Position numbers and translations under genes: made by a program. This document shows positions 51,894 to 62,058 of a stretch of 64,000 nucleotides of DNA, piece by piece. The notes beneath the pieces were generated by a model. That model ran no database searches. It worked only from the letters and a program-made list of their open reading frames with translations, and was not told the DNA's origin. The DNA comes from Pelagomonas calceolata (taxonomy: Eukaryota), in the NCBI GenBank assembly GCA_918797485.1, contig CAKKNE010000006.1, positions 1,364,001 to 1,428,000 of the forward strand, given 5' to 3'. Within the stretch, counting starts at the first letter, position 1. Each line of letters opens with the position of its first letter.

Positions 51894-53285
51894 CTAGAAA
51901 GCGAGAGCTGCGCCGGCGGCGAGGAGGGTCGCGGCGGCGGGGAGCGATCGCGCCGCGTCCGAGGTTAAATTGTAGGCCGACTGACTCGAAGACGCAGTCT
52001 TCTGAGGATTCTCCTCGTAGACGTAGGCCGAGCCCGATCCGAGGTTGAGCCATTGGCCGGCCCCGACCACGACGGAGGTGCCGTCGACTGCCACGGAGAT
52101 GCCGAAGGCGTCGCCCATCGCTCCAGGTGATGTCAGCTTGGCAAAATGATCGTGAGTGGCGCCGTCGTCGCTCGTGCGGTAGACGTAGGCCGCGCCCGTG
52201 CCGAAGTTCTTGGCGTAGGCTCCGACCACGATAGTTTCACCGTCGATGGCCACGGAGACGCCGAAGTAGTCGTCCGCCGCGGCGTCGGGGGCCGTCAGCT
52301 TGGTGTACACGAGGCCAGCATCGCTCAGTGAGTAGACGTAGGCCGAGCCCGAGTTGCAGAGGGGATTGTCGGTGCAGGCGTCGTTGTCGCTGTGGGCCCC
52401 GACCACGACGGTGCCGCTGTCGAAGGCCACGGACCAGCCAAAGCTGTCGCCCCCCTCGGCGTCTGTGGCCGTCAACTTGGCCATCTGACCGTACGTGGCG
52501 CCGTCGTCGCTCGTGCGGAAGAGGTAGGCCGCGCCCGAGCAGTCGAGGGAGGGGCAATACCCCTCCGGGATTTTCCGACTTTGGCTGGCCCCGACTACGA
52601 CGGTGGCGCCGCTGATGGCCACGGATTGGCCGAAGAGGTCCTCATAAGAGCCATCGGAGGCCGTCAACTTGTCCACCTCGGCGAACGTGTCCCAGCCGTC
52701 GGTCGTGCGGAAGACGTAGGCCGCCCCGGTTTGGGTGTTGGCGCCTCTGGCCCCGACCACGACGGTGTCTCCGTCGATCGCCACGGAGTGGCCGAAGTGG
52801 TCGCCCGCAGCGCCGTCGGAGGCCGTCAGCTTGGCCAGCTGTGCGCCGTCGCTCGCGCGGAAGACGTAGACCGCCCCCGTTACGTTGTTGTCGCCTCGGG
52901 CCCCGACCACGACGGTGTCTCCGTCGATAGCCAGGGATTCGCCGAAGAAGTTGCCCGCCGCGCCGTCGGCGGCCGTCAGCTTGAACAGCTCTTCGCCGTC
53001 GCTCGCTCGGAGGACGTAGACCGAGCCAATAATTATGGGGCAAGATTCCTGTCCAGGCAGCGCGGGGTCGCAGCCGGGCGCCCCGCTCACGATGGTGTCG
53101 CCGTCGACGCCCACCGCGAAGCCGTAGTTGCGCAGGGGCGCGGCGTCCGAGGCCGTCCGCGTCGCGAGCAGCTTGAAGGTGGCGGAGTCGCTCAGCCGCC
53201 GACGGCGCGCGCCGGCGGGGCGGGCCCCTTCGCGGTCCCGCGGGGCCGCGCCGCCGACGAGGGCGGCCAGCACCCAGAGCCGCAT
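51894..53285 (-). CDS. Secreted FG-GAP repeat (integrin-alpha-like beta-propeller) protein, possibly GPI-anchored
   Basis: Repeats of KLTASDG..GD.FG.SVAIDGDTVVVGA...GAAYVF, signal peptide and hydrophobic C-terminus. Confidence 0.9.
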   Translation of the reverse strand: MRLWVLAALVGGAAPRDREGARPAGARRRRLSDSATFKLLATRTASDAAPLRNYGFAVGVDGDTIVSGAPGCDPALPGQESCPIIIGSVYVLRASDGEELFKLTAADGAAGNFFGESLAIDGDTVVVGARGDNNVTGAVYVFRASDGAQLAKLTASDGAAGDHFGHSVAIDGDTVVVGARGANTQTGAAYVFRTTDGWDTFAEVDKLTASDGSYEDLFGQSVAISGATVVVGASQSRKIPEGYCPSLDCSGAAYLFRTSDDGATYGQMAKLTATDAEGGDSFGWSVAFDSGTVVVGAHSDNDACTDNPLCNSGSAYVYSLSDAGLVYTKLTAPDAAADDYFGVSVAIDGETIVVGAYAKNFGTGAAYVYRTSDDGATHDHFAKLTSPGAMGDAFGISVAVDGTSVVVGAGQWLNLGSGSAYVYEENPQKTASSSQSAYNLTSDAARSLPAAATLLAAGAALAF

Positions 53286-53724
53286 CCTGTCCCCAATGCG
53301 CGGTCGCCTCCCGCCCGGGCCGGGGCAGCTCCTTGGTACGGTTCCGCCCGGGTTAGGGGGGGCAGCGTGTTGATCTCACTCCGATTTGTGGCCCCCCAAT
53401 AATTACTGGAGCCAGGCAAGCATGCAATCCACCCGCCTCCGATCGGCAAGCCCGTACTCGTCCGGGTGGGACTCGGTGCATGAGCCGCCACGCCCTCCCG
53501 CGGGCCAGCCCTGAAAAAATGCTAGTAAGTCTACGTAGCTAGGTCGATTTAGTCTTCATCAGTGCTGCAGTTGGAGCATGCCTTGGGAGCATCTATTGAA
53601 GTGAGCTGGCCATCGGAGTGTTGTGTCTGATCCGTTTAACATCAAGTGGGTTGCAACCACTGCTATACAGCGACATTGCTCATCGCTGGCATTCAGTGCA
53701 GGGCTAATTTGCTGTTGTAGAGCC

Positions 53725-56314
53725 ATGCACGACGCCGCGGAGCAGCCGCGTCGCCGGTGGCTCGTGCACCTCGCCGCTGTGCAGGCGTGCCTGGTCCTCG
53801 CAGTAGTAACACTGAGACGCCAGCCGCGCCCGGCCGCGGAGCTGCTGCAGCACTCCCTGCATCCGCGCGAGCTGGGCTACCGCACGGCGAAGAAGCGCTC
53901 GGGCCGCGCGCCCGGCGCCGCGTTGACGACGCACCTGCGCGGCCCGCTGCCGACTAATGCCTGGTGGCTCGATTTAGCACGAAGCGACGCCGACGACGCG
54001 GCCGCGGCGGCGTACGCCGTGCCGTACCTGTTCGAGAAGACGGGCCGCGGGCTGCGGGCGTCGCCCACGCGCCTCCAGGCCTCGCCTGATTCGGTGCTGA
54101 CGTTGCACGACGCGAGGAGTGGCCTCGTGCTGGGGACCACGGAAAAGATGGGGCCCGCGGTCGTGAAGCGGGCGGGCGAGCTGGGCGTGGTGCTCGCTTG
54201 GAAGGGCGCTCTTGCGCCGGTGACGCGCGGAACTGCCTTCCTCACGATGCGCTACGAGCGGGCGACGCCCTCAATTTACTCGGGCGCGCCGCTCCACAGA
54301 CAAGCAAGGGGCAACATTACGATAGACGGCCGGAGCGCGGCGTGCGACGGTGCGCCCATGCACGTCGACCACGTCATCGAGGTCGTCACGGACGCCGACC
54401 ACCGCTGGGCCGTCTACGCCGACGCCCCTCTCCAGGTAACGTGTACGTCCGACGGCTCGCTGGAGATTCGAGGGAAAACGCCGCAAACGTTGACATTACG
54501 CGCTGCACTGTTAACAGCGTGCGCCTACGGCACGTCGTCGACGGGCGGCTGTGCCGACGACGGCGCCGTCCGCGCCGAGCGCCTCAAGCAGAACCGGGCG
54601 CTGTTCGCCGGGGCCGCGGCGCGGGCGTCGGCACCCTCGGCGTCGTCAGCTAGCGACGTCGCGTGGGAGCTCCACGATGATCACGCGCTCGTCGACTTCT
54701 CGTTCCCGCACGACGGGGCCGACGTCTTCTACGCGCTCGACCAGCACGTGGGGTGGGGCGCGCTGACGCCGGCCGGCCCCTGCGTCGACAGTTTGCATGG
54801 CACGGCGTGTCCTGTGATAGGCAAGGTTTGGAGGATGCGCGTGCCCCTCGGTCCCGCGCCCTCGCTGAAGGCGGGGCGGCCCATGTCAAACAAGGACCGC
54901 CGGGCGATCCGCGACGCTCTGAAGGCCGACGCCTCGAGAAAACTGCCCGCGTACTACGCACGCGGCGCGGGCGACACCTACTTCTCTGGAAAAGAATTAG
55001 CGCGGCGCGCCCGTCTGGTGGTCATCGCGGACGAGGTCGACGATGCGGACACCGCTTCGTTATTAGCGGCGGAGGTGCTGGCTGCTTTACGGAACTGGCT
55101 CAATCCAAAAAACGCGGAGACGCCGTTTTTGTATGATGAGCAGTGGGGAGGGTTGGTCAGTTGCGGTTGTGATTTCGATGAGTCGTCGCAACGATGCACG
55201 AACAACCCACAAAAGGACGAGTGCCCGAACTTAGATGCTTGTGGTGCGGACTTCGGCAACGGCTTCTACAACGACCATCATTTTCATTATGGTTACTTCG
55301 CCTACGCCGCCGCGGTGGCGTGCGAGTTCGCTGTGTGTAGCAAGGAGGACAAAGAACGGTTCCTACTCTTAGCGCGGGACTACGCTAATCCACAATCCGA
55401 TGATTTCGTCGCCGCGCGGCACAAGGACTGGTTTTTGGGCCACAGCTGGGCGTCCGGCACCTGCGAGCCGGCCAATCCGAATGGTCGGAATCAGGAGTCC
55501 TCGTCGGAAGCCGTCCACGCCTACGAGGCGTCGTATCTCTTAGCATCTAGGTTAGGAGACCGCCATTTACAACAGGCCTCGCGCCTGTACGCGGCCACGG
55601 AGGTCGACGCGGCGCAGCGCTACTGGCACGCGGCGACCTCCTCCCAGGTCCCGCGCGCCTACGAAAGGCCGGTTGTCGGCATGCGCTGGTCGACACTCGC
55701 CCAATTCGGGACGTGGTTCGGCGGGGACCCCGTCTTCGCGTACGGCATTCAACTCATTCCATTAACTCCATATGCTGAGGTGCGCGACTCGACGGCCTTT
55801 TCTCGTGCGCTGCTGCCGTTCTACGAGCGGGACTGCGATCGTCAGCGCCCAAATCAAATTCTCGAGAGCACCCGACTCACTGTTTGATTTCCACGCAGGC
55901 GACAAAGTGTGCGAGGACGAGGGCTGGTCCATCTCGATGATTGGGTTGAAGGCGGCGGCGGGCGACCGGGCCGGGGCCTGGGACGCCGCGCTCGCTTTGG
56001 ATGGGAAGGCCTTCGACCAGGCCGGCGGCGACGGCCACAGTCGCTCGAATTTGCTGTACTGGATCGCGACGCGGGATCCGGGGCTGGAAAAGATGGCGAC
56101 GCCCGTGCCCACTTCGCATGTGGTATCGCCGGCGCCCGTCGCGTCGCCAGTCCCCGACTGCGTCGACGGCCCCGGCCGTGCCGCCGCCAAGGCCTGCCCG
56201 GCGACGGCGCCGCACGTGTGCTACGCGGGTCCGGCCAAAGGCGGCTGCGCCCGGGCGCCCTGGTCGCGTACCGACTGTGCGCGGAGCTGCAAGCGGCCGA
56301 AGGGCTTCGACTGA
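53725..56314 (+). CDS. Glycoside hydrolase family 81 endo-beta-1,3-glucanase; exons 53725-55834 (or 55840) and 55899-56314
   Basis: PLPTNAWW, DFGNGFYNDHHFHYGYF, GHSWASG, GRNQESSSEA, GIQLIP, DGHSRSN. N-terminal TM and C-terminal Cys-rich module. Confidence 0.92.
55835..55898 (+). mobile_element. Short intron, internally deleted introner
   Basis: Retains AAATCAAATTCTCG, GCACCCGACTCAC and the 3' TIR TTTGATTTCCACGCAG. Either a GC donor (55835) or a GT donor (55841) restores the frame. Confidence 0.75.
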
Positions 56315-56387
56315 GTTTTTTGACGTGTGTTCATAGTAGATGTCCATATTAAGTTGCTTTCGTTCGTACTTCCTCTGTCGTCTGCCC

Positions 56388-56558
56388 ACGGTGCTAGGAC
56401 TGGTGGGCGGAGCCCCAGATACCGTTTTTCAAAACAGGATGCTTCCGTTAACGATTATTCAGTTACGGTACTAGGGCCAGTGGGCGGAGCCGTCCCTCAG
56501 GCTCAGGCTCAGGCTAGATGACCTAGCTGCCTGATGACCTAGTGCCTGTATGACCTAG
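56388..56558. repeat. Structured intergenic repeat cluster
   Basis: 27-bp direct repeat (56388-56414, 56465-56491; 4 mismatches), a GGCTCA tandem, and three ATGACCTAG at a 16-bp period. Confidence 0.7.
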
Positions 56559-56885
56559 CTATTATGTGCAAACAGCTGCAGCGCAAAGTTTGGCACGCAA
56601 GCGCAAGCCCAACACTGAGTTTCGCTCTTGGCATATTATAGCCCTTTAGAGCTGACAGCCCTGGGACAACGGCAGGAATCGCCGCACGCCGTGGTGCGAA
56701 AAAAAATACTGGCCTGAAGTCAGCCGCCGCGCGCGCGGTACGCGCCCCCGGCCCAGCCGCTGCGCACCGCTCGCGCGCCACCGAGCCGCTGTGGTGCCGC
56801 GCCGCCGCCGCTGAGCCGCTCGCCGCCCCGCGCCGCTTGAGCCGCTCGCGCGCCGCCGAGCCACCGCGGCGACCGCGCCGTCACC

Positions 56886-57296
56886 ATGGGCAGCGACGGC
56901 GAATCAACATCAACAAACGGCGAGCGCAAGGAGCCCGAGCCGCCCGCGCGCGAACCGAAACCGACGCCGCGCGGCAGCCCCGGCGCCGAGTCGCCTCGAC
57001 GGAAACCCTCGCCGCGCGACGACCCCGCGTCGCAGTCCATCCTGAAAGCTCCCACAGAAAGGAGTCGAGGAGGGAGAAAACCACCGGAACCCACGAAGCG
57101 CCTGAGCTGGAAGGACGGTACTTTTGATGATGCCCCCGGCCCGGAACTCGCGGAGGTGCACTACGCCGAGGAGCTCCACTACAGCCCGCACAGCCGCGAC
57201 CGCGAGGTCGCGCGGCGGCAGGCCGCGCGCGCGTCGGGCCAGCTGGACGAGCTGGACGCGATGCCCCAAGGGAGGGCGTGTTGCGTCATATCCTAA
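56886..57296 (+). CDS. Small disordered protein with SILK and RVxF-like motifs and a CaaX box
   Basis: SILK, KRLSW, and C-terminus CCVIS. Confidence 0.65.
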   Translation: MGSDGESTSTNGERKEPEPPAREPKPTPRGSPGAESPRRKPSPRDDPASQSILKAPTERSRGGRKPPEPTKRLSWKDGTFDDAPGPELAEVHYAEELHYSPHSRDREVARRQAARASGQLDELDAMPQGRACCVIS

Positions 57297-57368
57297 CCAT
57301 TAGCATTTAAATTCATCGAGGGACGTAGTTACAACACTAGTAGTAGTCGACCGGGGATATGTGACGCG

Positions 57369-58454
57369 TCATGGCCGCTTGGCGAAGGTCTGCGACACGA
57401 TGAGCGGGAACGCGAGCGTCGCGTCCGCGTACACTTTCACGGGCTTGGCCTCCATCCTGATCTTGCCCCAACTCACGGCCTCGTCCGGTCTAGCGCCTGA
57501 GTCCGAGCCGTCGAACTCCTGCCCCGTGTTCACGAAGACCGCGAAGTTCGCGCCGTTCCTCATTAAATTGGCGTTGCACGTGTGGTGTTTTACGAGGCCA
57601 CCGCCAATAATAATCATGCCCGTCGCCTTGGCCTTCACGGCTTCGTCGTTGATGAGGCGGATATCTCTGGCGATGTCGACGATGAAGCCAGGCCTCTTAT
57701 ACGAGTGAAAATACAACATGTCACCTATACTCCCATCCGTGATCGCGGGACAGAAAACCGGGATGTTGTTCTTGTGGCACCAGTAGTACACGGAGGAAGG
57801 ATCATTGATCTCCTTCCCGAAGCGGTCGATCATGCTCGAGGGCGTCCAGTGGAAGGCTTCTTCAGTAGAAGCTTTGGCGTCGACCTCGTCGTGCATCTTA
57901 TGTAAAATCGGCCGCAGCCAGTCCTCGAACTTACAATACGTGTCGTTCGGCACGAGCAAGTTCCCGATCCTATTCAGACCTTTCGGCCTCAAATCCTTAC
58001 CTCTTAATGCAAAGTCGCCCATCTTGTGCGGTGCCAGGCACTTCATTAAATCTTCTTCGATGCCTCCGCCCGTCGTTACCAGTACATCGACATGTTTGTG
58101 TTGCACGAGGTATCTTATGACTTCCCTCACACCCGACGAGATCATGTTCGAGGTATACGCTAGGAATATTTTTGCCTTCGTATTTCTTCGTACCTCGGGG
58201 CTCTTGAAATCGTCGTCTTCGTTTTCCGTGATGGGCACATCACTTAGACGCCAGGCGCGCATCCTTTCGATCTCTTTCACTGCTAGTCCGATATTCGTGG
58301 CCTGGAAGCCTGTTGTTAGTAGTTTGGCGCAGAGGCCGTCCAGAGAGCGGTCTTTGTCGAAGTCCGGCCCTTGGCACGCGGCCGTGTCTTTTAGCTCACT
58401 ATCGTCGGACTTTTGCAGGACGGCCGCGGCCACGATGCCGGGCATGGCGGCCAT
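57369..58454 (-). CDS. DHPS: Deoxyhypusine synthase
   Basis: [59 protein letters not shown]. Confidence 0.97.
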   Translation of the reverse strand: MAAMPGIVAAAVLQKSDDSELKDTAACQGPDFDKDRSLDGLCAKLLTTGFQATNIGLAVKEIERMRAWRLSDVPITENEDDDFKSPEVRRNTKAKIFLAYTSNMISSGVREVIRYLVQHKHVDVLVTTGGGIEEDLMKCLAPHKMGDFALRGKDLRPKGLNRIGNLLVPNDTYCKFEDWLRPILHKMHDEVDAKASTEEAFHWTPSSMIDRFGKEINDPSSVYYWCHKNNIPVFCPAITDGSIGDMLYFHSYKRPGFIVDIARDIRLINDEAVKAKATGMIIIGGGLVKHHTCNANLMRNGANFAVFVNTGQEFDGSDSGARPDEAVSWGKIRMEAKPVKVYADATLAFPLIVSQTFAKRP

Positions 58455-58836
58455 TTTTCAGCGCTGCGCTCTGGGCGTGCGGTTGCAGTGCAGTGCGTGC
58501 AGTGCAGACTGCTTGATGCGGCAATTCGCTCAGTCTGCCGCGAATATGTCTATGTGGCAACGCGTTGCCTTGTTCCTGCTCAAAGCTATCAGCACTCCGA
58601 TGCTCGCCCGGTTTTTGGCTGCATGAGCACTCGCTAGCAAGTTTGCTACGCTAGCTCTACGCTATTGACCACAGCCGTAAATTGGGCTACTGCGGGTCAC
58701 CGCGTCGTCAGAAGTTCATTACAGTGTCCACGCTGCACCATACGAGCGCGCGCTTGAAAGTCACGTAGCGCCGTCGCCCGTGCAAGGACCCCTGGTACAG
58801 CACCCCTAGAAAGCTCCTCATTTGGTGCGAGCAACG

Positions 58837-60330
58837 ATGTGGCGCCACGCCAGCCGACGAATATTACAAGCCGCGCGACAGACGCGCACGCTCAAGTCCC
58901 TGATCAAGAAACGCCCGCAAGACGACGACGCCTTGCTGGACACGCTCCGATCCTGCACGCAACTCTACGAGTCACATATAGCCCCAACAAATGACACAAC
59001 CATGGGACCCTTAGAAAGGAATTATCAACCGACGATGCTACCCTTCGTCCTACTCCTAGGCAACCACTCCTCCGGTAAATCTTCCTTCGCGAACTACGCG
59101 TTAGGTCGACGAGTCCAGCAATGTGGAGTAGCCCCAACAGATGATGGATTTACGGTCATAGCGCCCGGAGAAGAAGACGCGGACCAGGACGGCCCCGCGT
59201 TAGTATCAGATCCGGATCTCGGCTTCGAGGGCCTCCGGCAATTTGGTCCTGGTTTAGTACAACATGCTAAATTAAAACTGAGAACAGATCTAGCAGCAAC
59301 GAATTTCTGTCTCATCGATTCGCCGGGCATGATCGACGCGCCTGGTGGCTCTACTCTAGATCATGGACATGAAAGAGGCTACAACTTCGAGGCGTCGGTC
59401 CGTTGGTTCGCCGACCGGGCCGACGTCATCCTGCTGTTCTTCGACCCGGACAAGCCGGGCACGACGGGCGAGACGTTGTCCGTGCTGACGAATGCCCTGT
59501 CGGGATGTGATCATAAATTACACATCATCCTCAACAAAGCTGACCGCTTCGAAAAAATTCATGATTTCGCGAGAGCCTACGGGGCGCTGTGCTGGAACCT
59601 GTCGAAGGTGATTCCAAGAAAGGACTTGCCGCGCATCTACACGACGTGTATCCCGCCGGCCGAAGGGGAAGTGCGCGAGGGCCACGGCGACTTAGCGAAC
59701 GGTCTGGAAGATTTGCGACGAACTAGAGATGATGTCATGGCCGAGGTGTTTCGTGCGCCGACGCGTCGAGTGGACAACGCCGTTACTAGACTACGAGATG
59801 CGGCTTCCGTGCTCTTGATGCATTTAGATGTGTGTTCCGCGGCTCGGAGCGCGCGGCGGAAGGAGTTGTTTGCGTTGTATGCCCCTTCAGTGTTAGCGGC
59901 GGCCGCATGTGTAAGTGGCGCCGGCGGGTTGTTCGTTGCCGGTGCGGTCTCGCCTGCCGTTGCTTGTGGCGCGGGCGGCTTGGCGGCGACGGCCGGTCTA
60001 CACTACCTAAACGCGAAGAACTGCCGGCGGAATCTCGAAAGGCTGGACTCGCAGGAGGGCCTGGATTCGTTGTACCGCAAGATCTACGCCAAGGAGAGCG
60101 TGCGGGGCGACGGCGAGTCGCTCGCGACGTGGCACGTCGTCCGGCAGCATCTGCTCGAGAAGGTCGTCCCCGTCGGCGGCGCGGCGTTGGCGCCGGCGGC
60201 GCCCATGGGCGCGCACAAGAAGCTCCGGAAGATTTTAGATGTGGAGGCGCCGCGGCTGCGGCGGCAGGCGGCGCCGGCGACCTACCCGAACGTGCGGCAC
60301 GACGACGGGTCCGAGGCGGCGGTGCCGTGA
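58837..60330 (+). CDS. EHD/dynamin-like P-loop NTPase with a mitochondrial-like presequence and C-terminal TM segments
   Basis: GNHSSGKSS, PTDDGF, DSPGM, RGYNF, FFDPDKPG, LNKAD, AYGALCWNL. Confidence 0.88.
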   Translation: MWRHASRRILQAARQTRTLKSLIKKRPQDDDALLDTLRSCTQLYESHIAPTNDTTMGPLERNYQPTMLPFVLLLGNHSSGKSSFANYALGRRVQQCGVAPTDDGFTVIAPGEEDADQDGPALVSDPDLGFEGLRQFGPGLVQHAKLKLRTDLAATNFCLIDSPGMIDAPGGSTLDHGHERGYNFEASVRWFADRADVILLFFDPDKPGTTGETLSVLTNALSGCDHKLHIILNKADRFEKIHDFARAYGALCWNLSKVIPRKDLPRIYTTCIPPAEGEVREGHGDLANGLEDLRRTRDDVMAEVFRAPTRRVDNAVTRLRDAASVLLMHLDVCSAARSARRKELFALYAPSVLAAAACVSGAGGLFVAGAVSPAVACGAGGLAATAGLHYLNAKNCRRNLERLDSQEGLDSLYRKIYAKESVRGDGESLATWHVVRQHLLEKVVPVGGAALAPAAPMGAHKKLRKILDVEAPRLRRQAAPATYPNVRHDDGSEAAVP

Positions 60331-60358
60331 CTAATGTAACATTAAAACATCTTACGTC

Positions 60359-61666
60359 CTAGCCATAAGGAGTGTAGTATATTCCACCGCGAAGTTCTAG
60401 GATCTCCGTGATTTCCGCTTGAGCGTCCTGAGCAAACCAGGCATCGTTGCTATACTCCCGTTGCCAGGAGAGCCGAGAGAGCCTCGGGCACGCCATCACG
60501 AGCCGGAGCATGTCGGCGGCGCGAATACCGCGATCCTCCATATAGGACTCTATGTCGTCCACGTCGCCGGGTTCACAGTAACTGATGGTGAGGCCCTGCA
60601 GCGTCGCGGCGGACTGGCTTGAGATTATCCCCTCAACGACGCCTCGGGTTAATGCGCCTATCCAGTTCAGCTCGAGCTCCACCAGAGGGTTTTGCGAGCA
60701 AGCCGCGACGACCTGCGAGTCCGTGGCGTGGTGGGAACTGATATACACCGTCTCGAAGGTGCGAACGCCAGCAAGTAGAACAAACCAGCCTGGATTAGGA
60801 ATTCTTGTCAATTCGGGAATCCACAGCTCCGCGAGGCGAGGAAAGCCGCGCGCCGCTGCCAGAAGGGCGTCCGGCTCTATGTTCGTTTCCAAGCCACTCT
60901 CTCTTTCGCTAAGGCTCGTGAGACGATCGCCGAGCGGCGTGCCGACGATGGCATTGATGAGGTCGGGGAAGATGTGGCAGCCTTCCATATCCATTTCCGT
61001 GGCAGAGGTGCTGCGTGCAGCCGCGACGATATTTTCGAGCTGCGTTGGCCGGTATGGAGGATCATTATCGGATCTACCATCATGAATATCCAGGTACTTG
61101 AGCCGCGGGAAGTGTCGCTCATATCTTTCCGCGGGAGAAACATCGGTCACTACGTCAGAAAAAGATACCACTTCAAGCCTTGGGCAGGCGGCGGCGATGG
61201 CTACAATGGCTTCATCTGAGGTATGTACGTATCTTGGGCCGTGCAATTTGATCAGATTCGGGCAGTGGCGACACATCACGAGTAGCAGGTCAGACGAAAT
61301 GCCGGACGGCCCCAGGTCAAGCTCCCGCAGACCTCCGTTCGTGGAGCGCACAAAATCATACAGAGCAGCAAGCGACGGCGCGGATGTGCCGCTAGCGTAG
61401 AGGTGTACGCAGCCTGCTCCAAACACCTTCGCCATCGCCTCGACGGCCCGGGGCGGAGCCCGCATCGCGCGCGCCTGCCGCGGTACGAATTGCACAGACT
61501 GAAAATTAAAGATCTGCACGTGCGGGATCGCCTTCCTCGCGATCGCGCGTCTCGCGGTGTCTCGCCCGTGCGGCGAGAGTTCGCGCAGGCGCAGCAGGTC
61601 ATCTCGTTTAAGCCAGCATGCGGCCTTGTCCAGCGCGTCCTCGGGGACGCTCGCTACGACACCCAT
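60359..61666 (-). CDS. F-box/LRR (RNI-like) protein
   Basis: N-terminal VPEDAL..F-box-like segment and LRR-CC repeats (HCPNL, ACPRLE, GFPRLA, ACPRLS). Confidence 0.7.
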   Translation of the reverse strand: MGVVASVPEDALDKAACWLKRDDLLRLRELSPHGRDTARRAIARKAIPHVQIFNFQSVQFVPRQARAMRAPPRAVEAMAKVFGAGCVHLYASGTSAPSLAALYDFVRSTNGGLRELDLGPSGISSDLLLVMCRHCPNLIKLHGPRYVHTSDEAIVAIAAACPRLEVVSFSDVVTDVSPAERYERHFPRLKYLDIHDGRSDNDPPYRPTQLENIVAAARSTSATEMDMEGCHIFPDLINAIVGTPLGDRLTSLSERESGLETNIEPDALLAAARGFPRLAELWIPELTRIPNPGWFVLLAGVRTFETVYISSHHATDSQVVAACSQNPLVELELNWIGALTRGVVEGIISSQSAATLQGLTISYCEPGDVDDIESYMEDRGIRAADMLRLVMACPRLSRLSWQREYSNDAWFAQDAQAEITEILELRGGIYYTPYG

Positions 61667-61788
61667 TTGGTGCGCACGGATGCAAAGCAGGTCCCAGCCT
61701 ATTTCTTAAGATGCGAAGCGCTGGCCAGACGAACAATTTGCACGCGTATAGGTCGATATCACGAGCTGCAGCACCTGGGGCCGGTTTC

Positions 61789-61810
61789 CTAGTGCCTTAC
61801 ATGCCGCTAG
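61789..61810 (+). promoter_or_regulatory. CTAG...CTAG intergenic motif
   Basis: CTAGTGCCTTACATGCCGCTAG between divergent genes. Confidence 0.6.
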
Positions 61811-62058
61811 CTCCGTGCTTGATGATGCAGTAAGCTGTACGCTGCAACCGAGAAGGTGCTGGCCGTGCGGAGTTTTCTTCGATCGCTGTGCACCCGTGCT
61901 CGCAGCGCTGCACTTTCGTTGCCACCGTTTGCGCAATACTGTACACTGACACATCACTGCAGCAGTGCGCGCACGCATCGCTGCGTAACGTACTCAATAC
62001 CTGCAACCCCGATCTCGCATCGCTTGCACGGTGACACATCACTGCAGTACTGGACGCG

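Noticed and set aside
52000..53110. Regularly spaced DNA repeats resembling an array
   Set aside because: Explained by coding FG-GAP repeats.
53349..53362. GGGTTAGGG as a telomeric repeat
   Set aside because: Single unit with no tandem array.
56388..56491. Repeat-spacer-repeat as a CRISPR array
   Set aside because: Only two imperfect units, a eukaryotic context and no cas genes.
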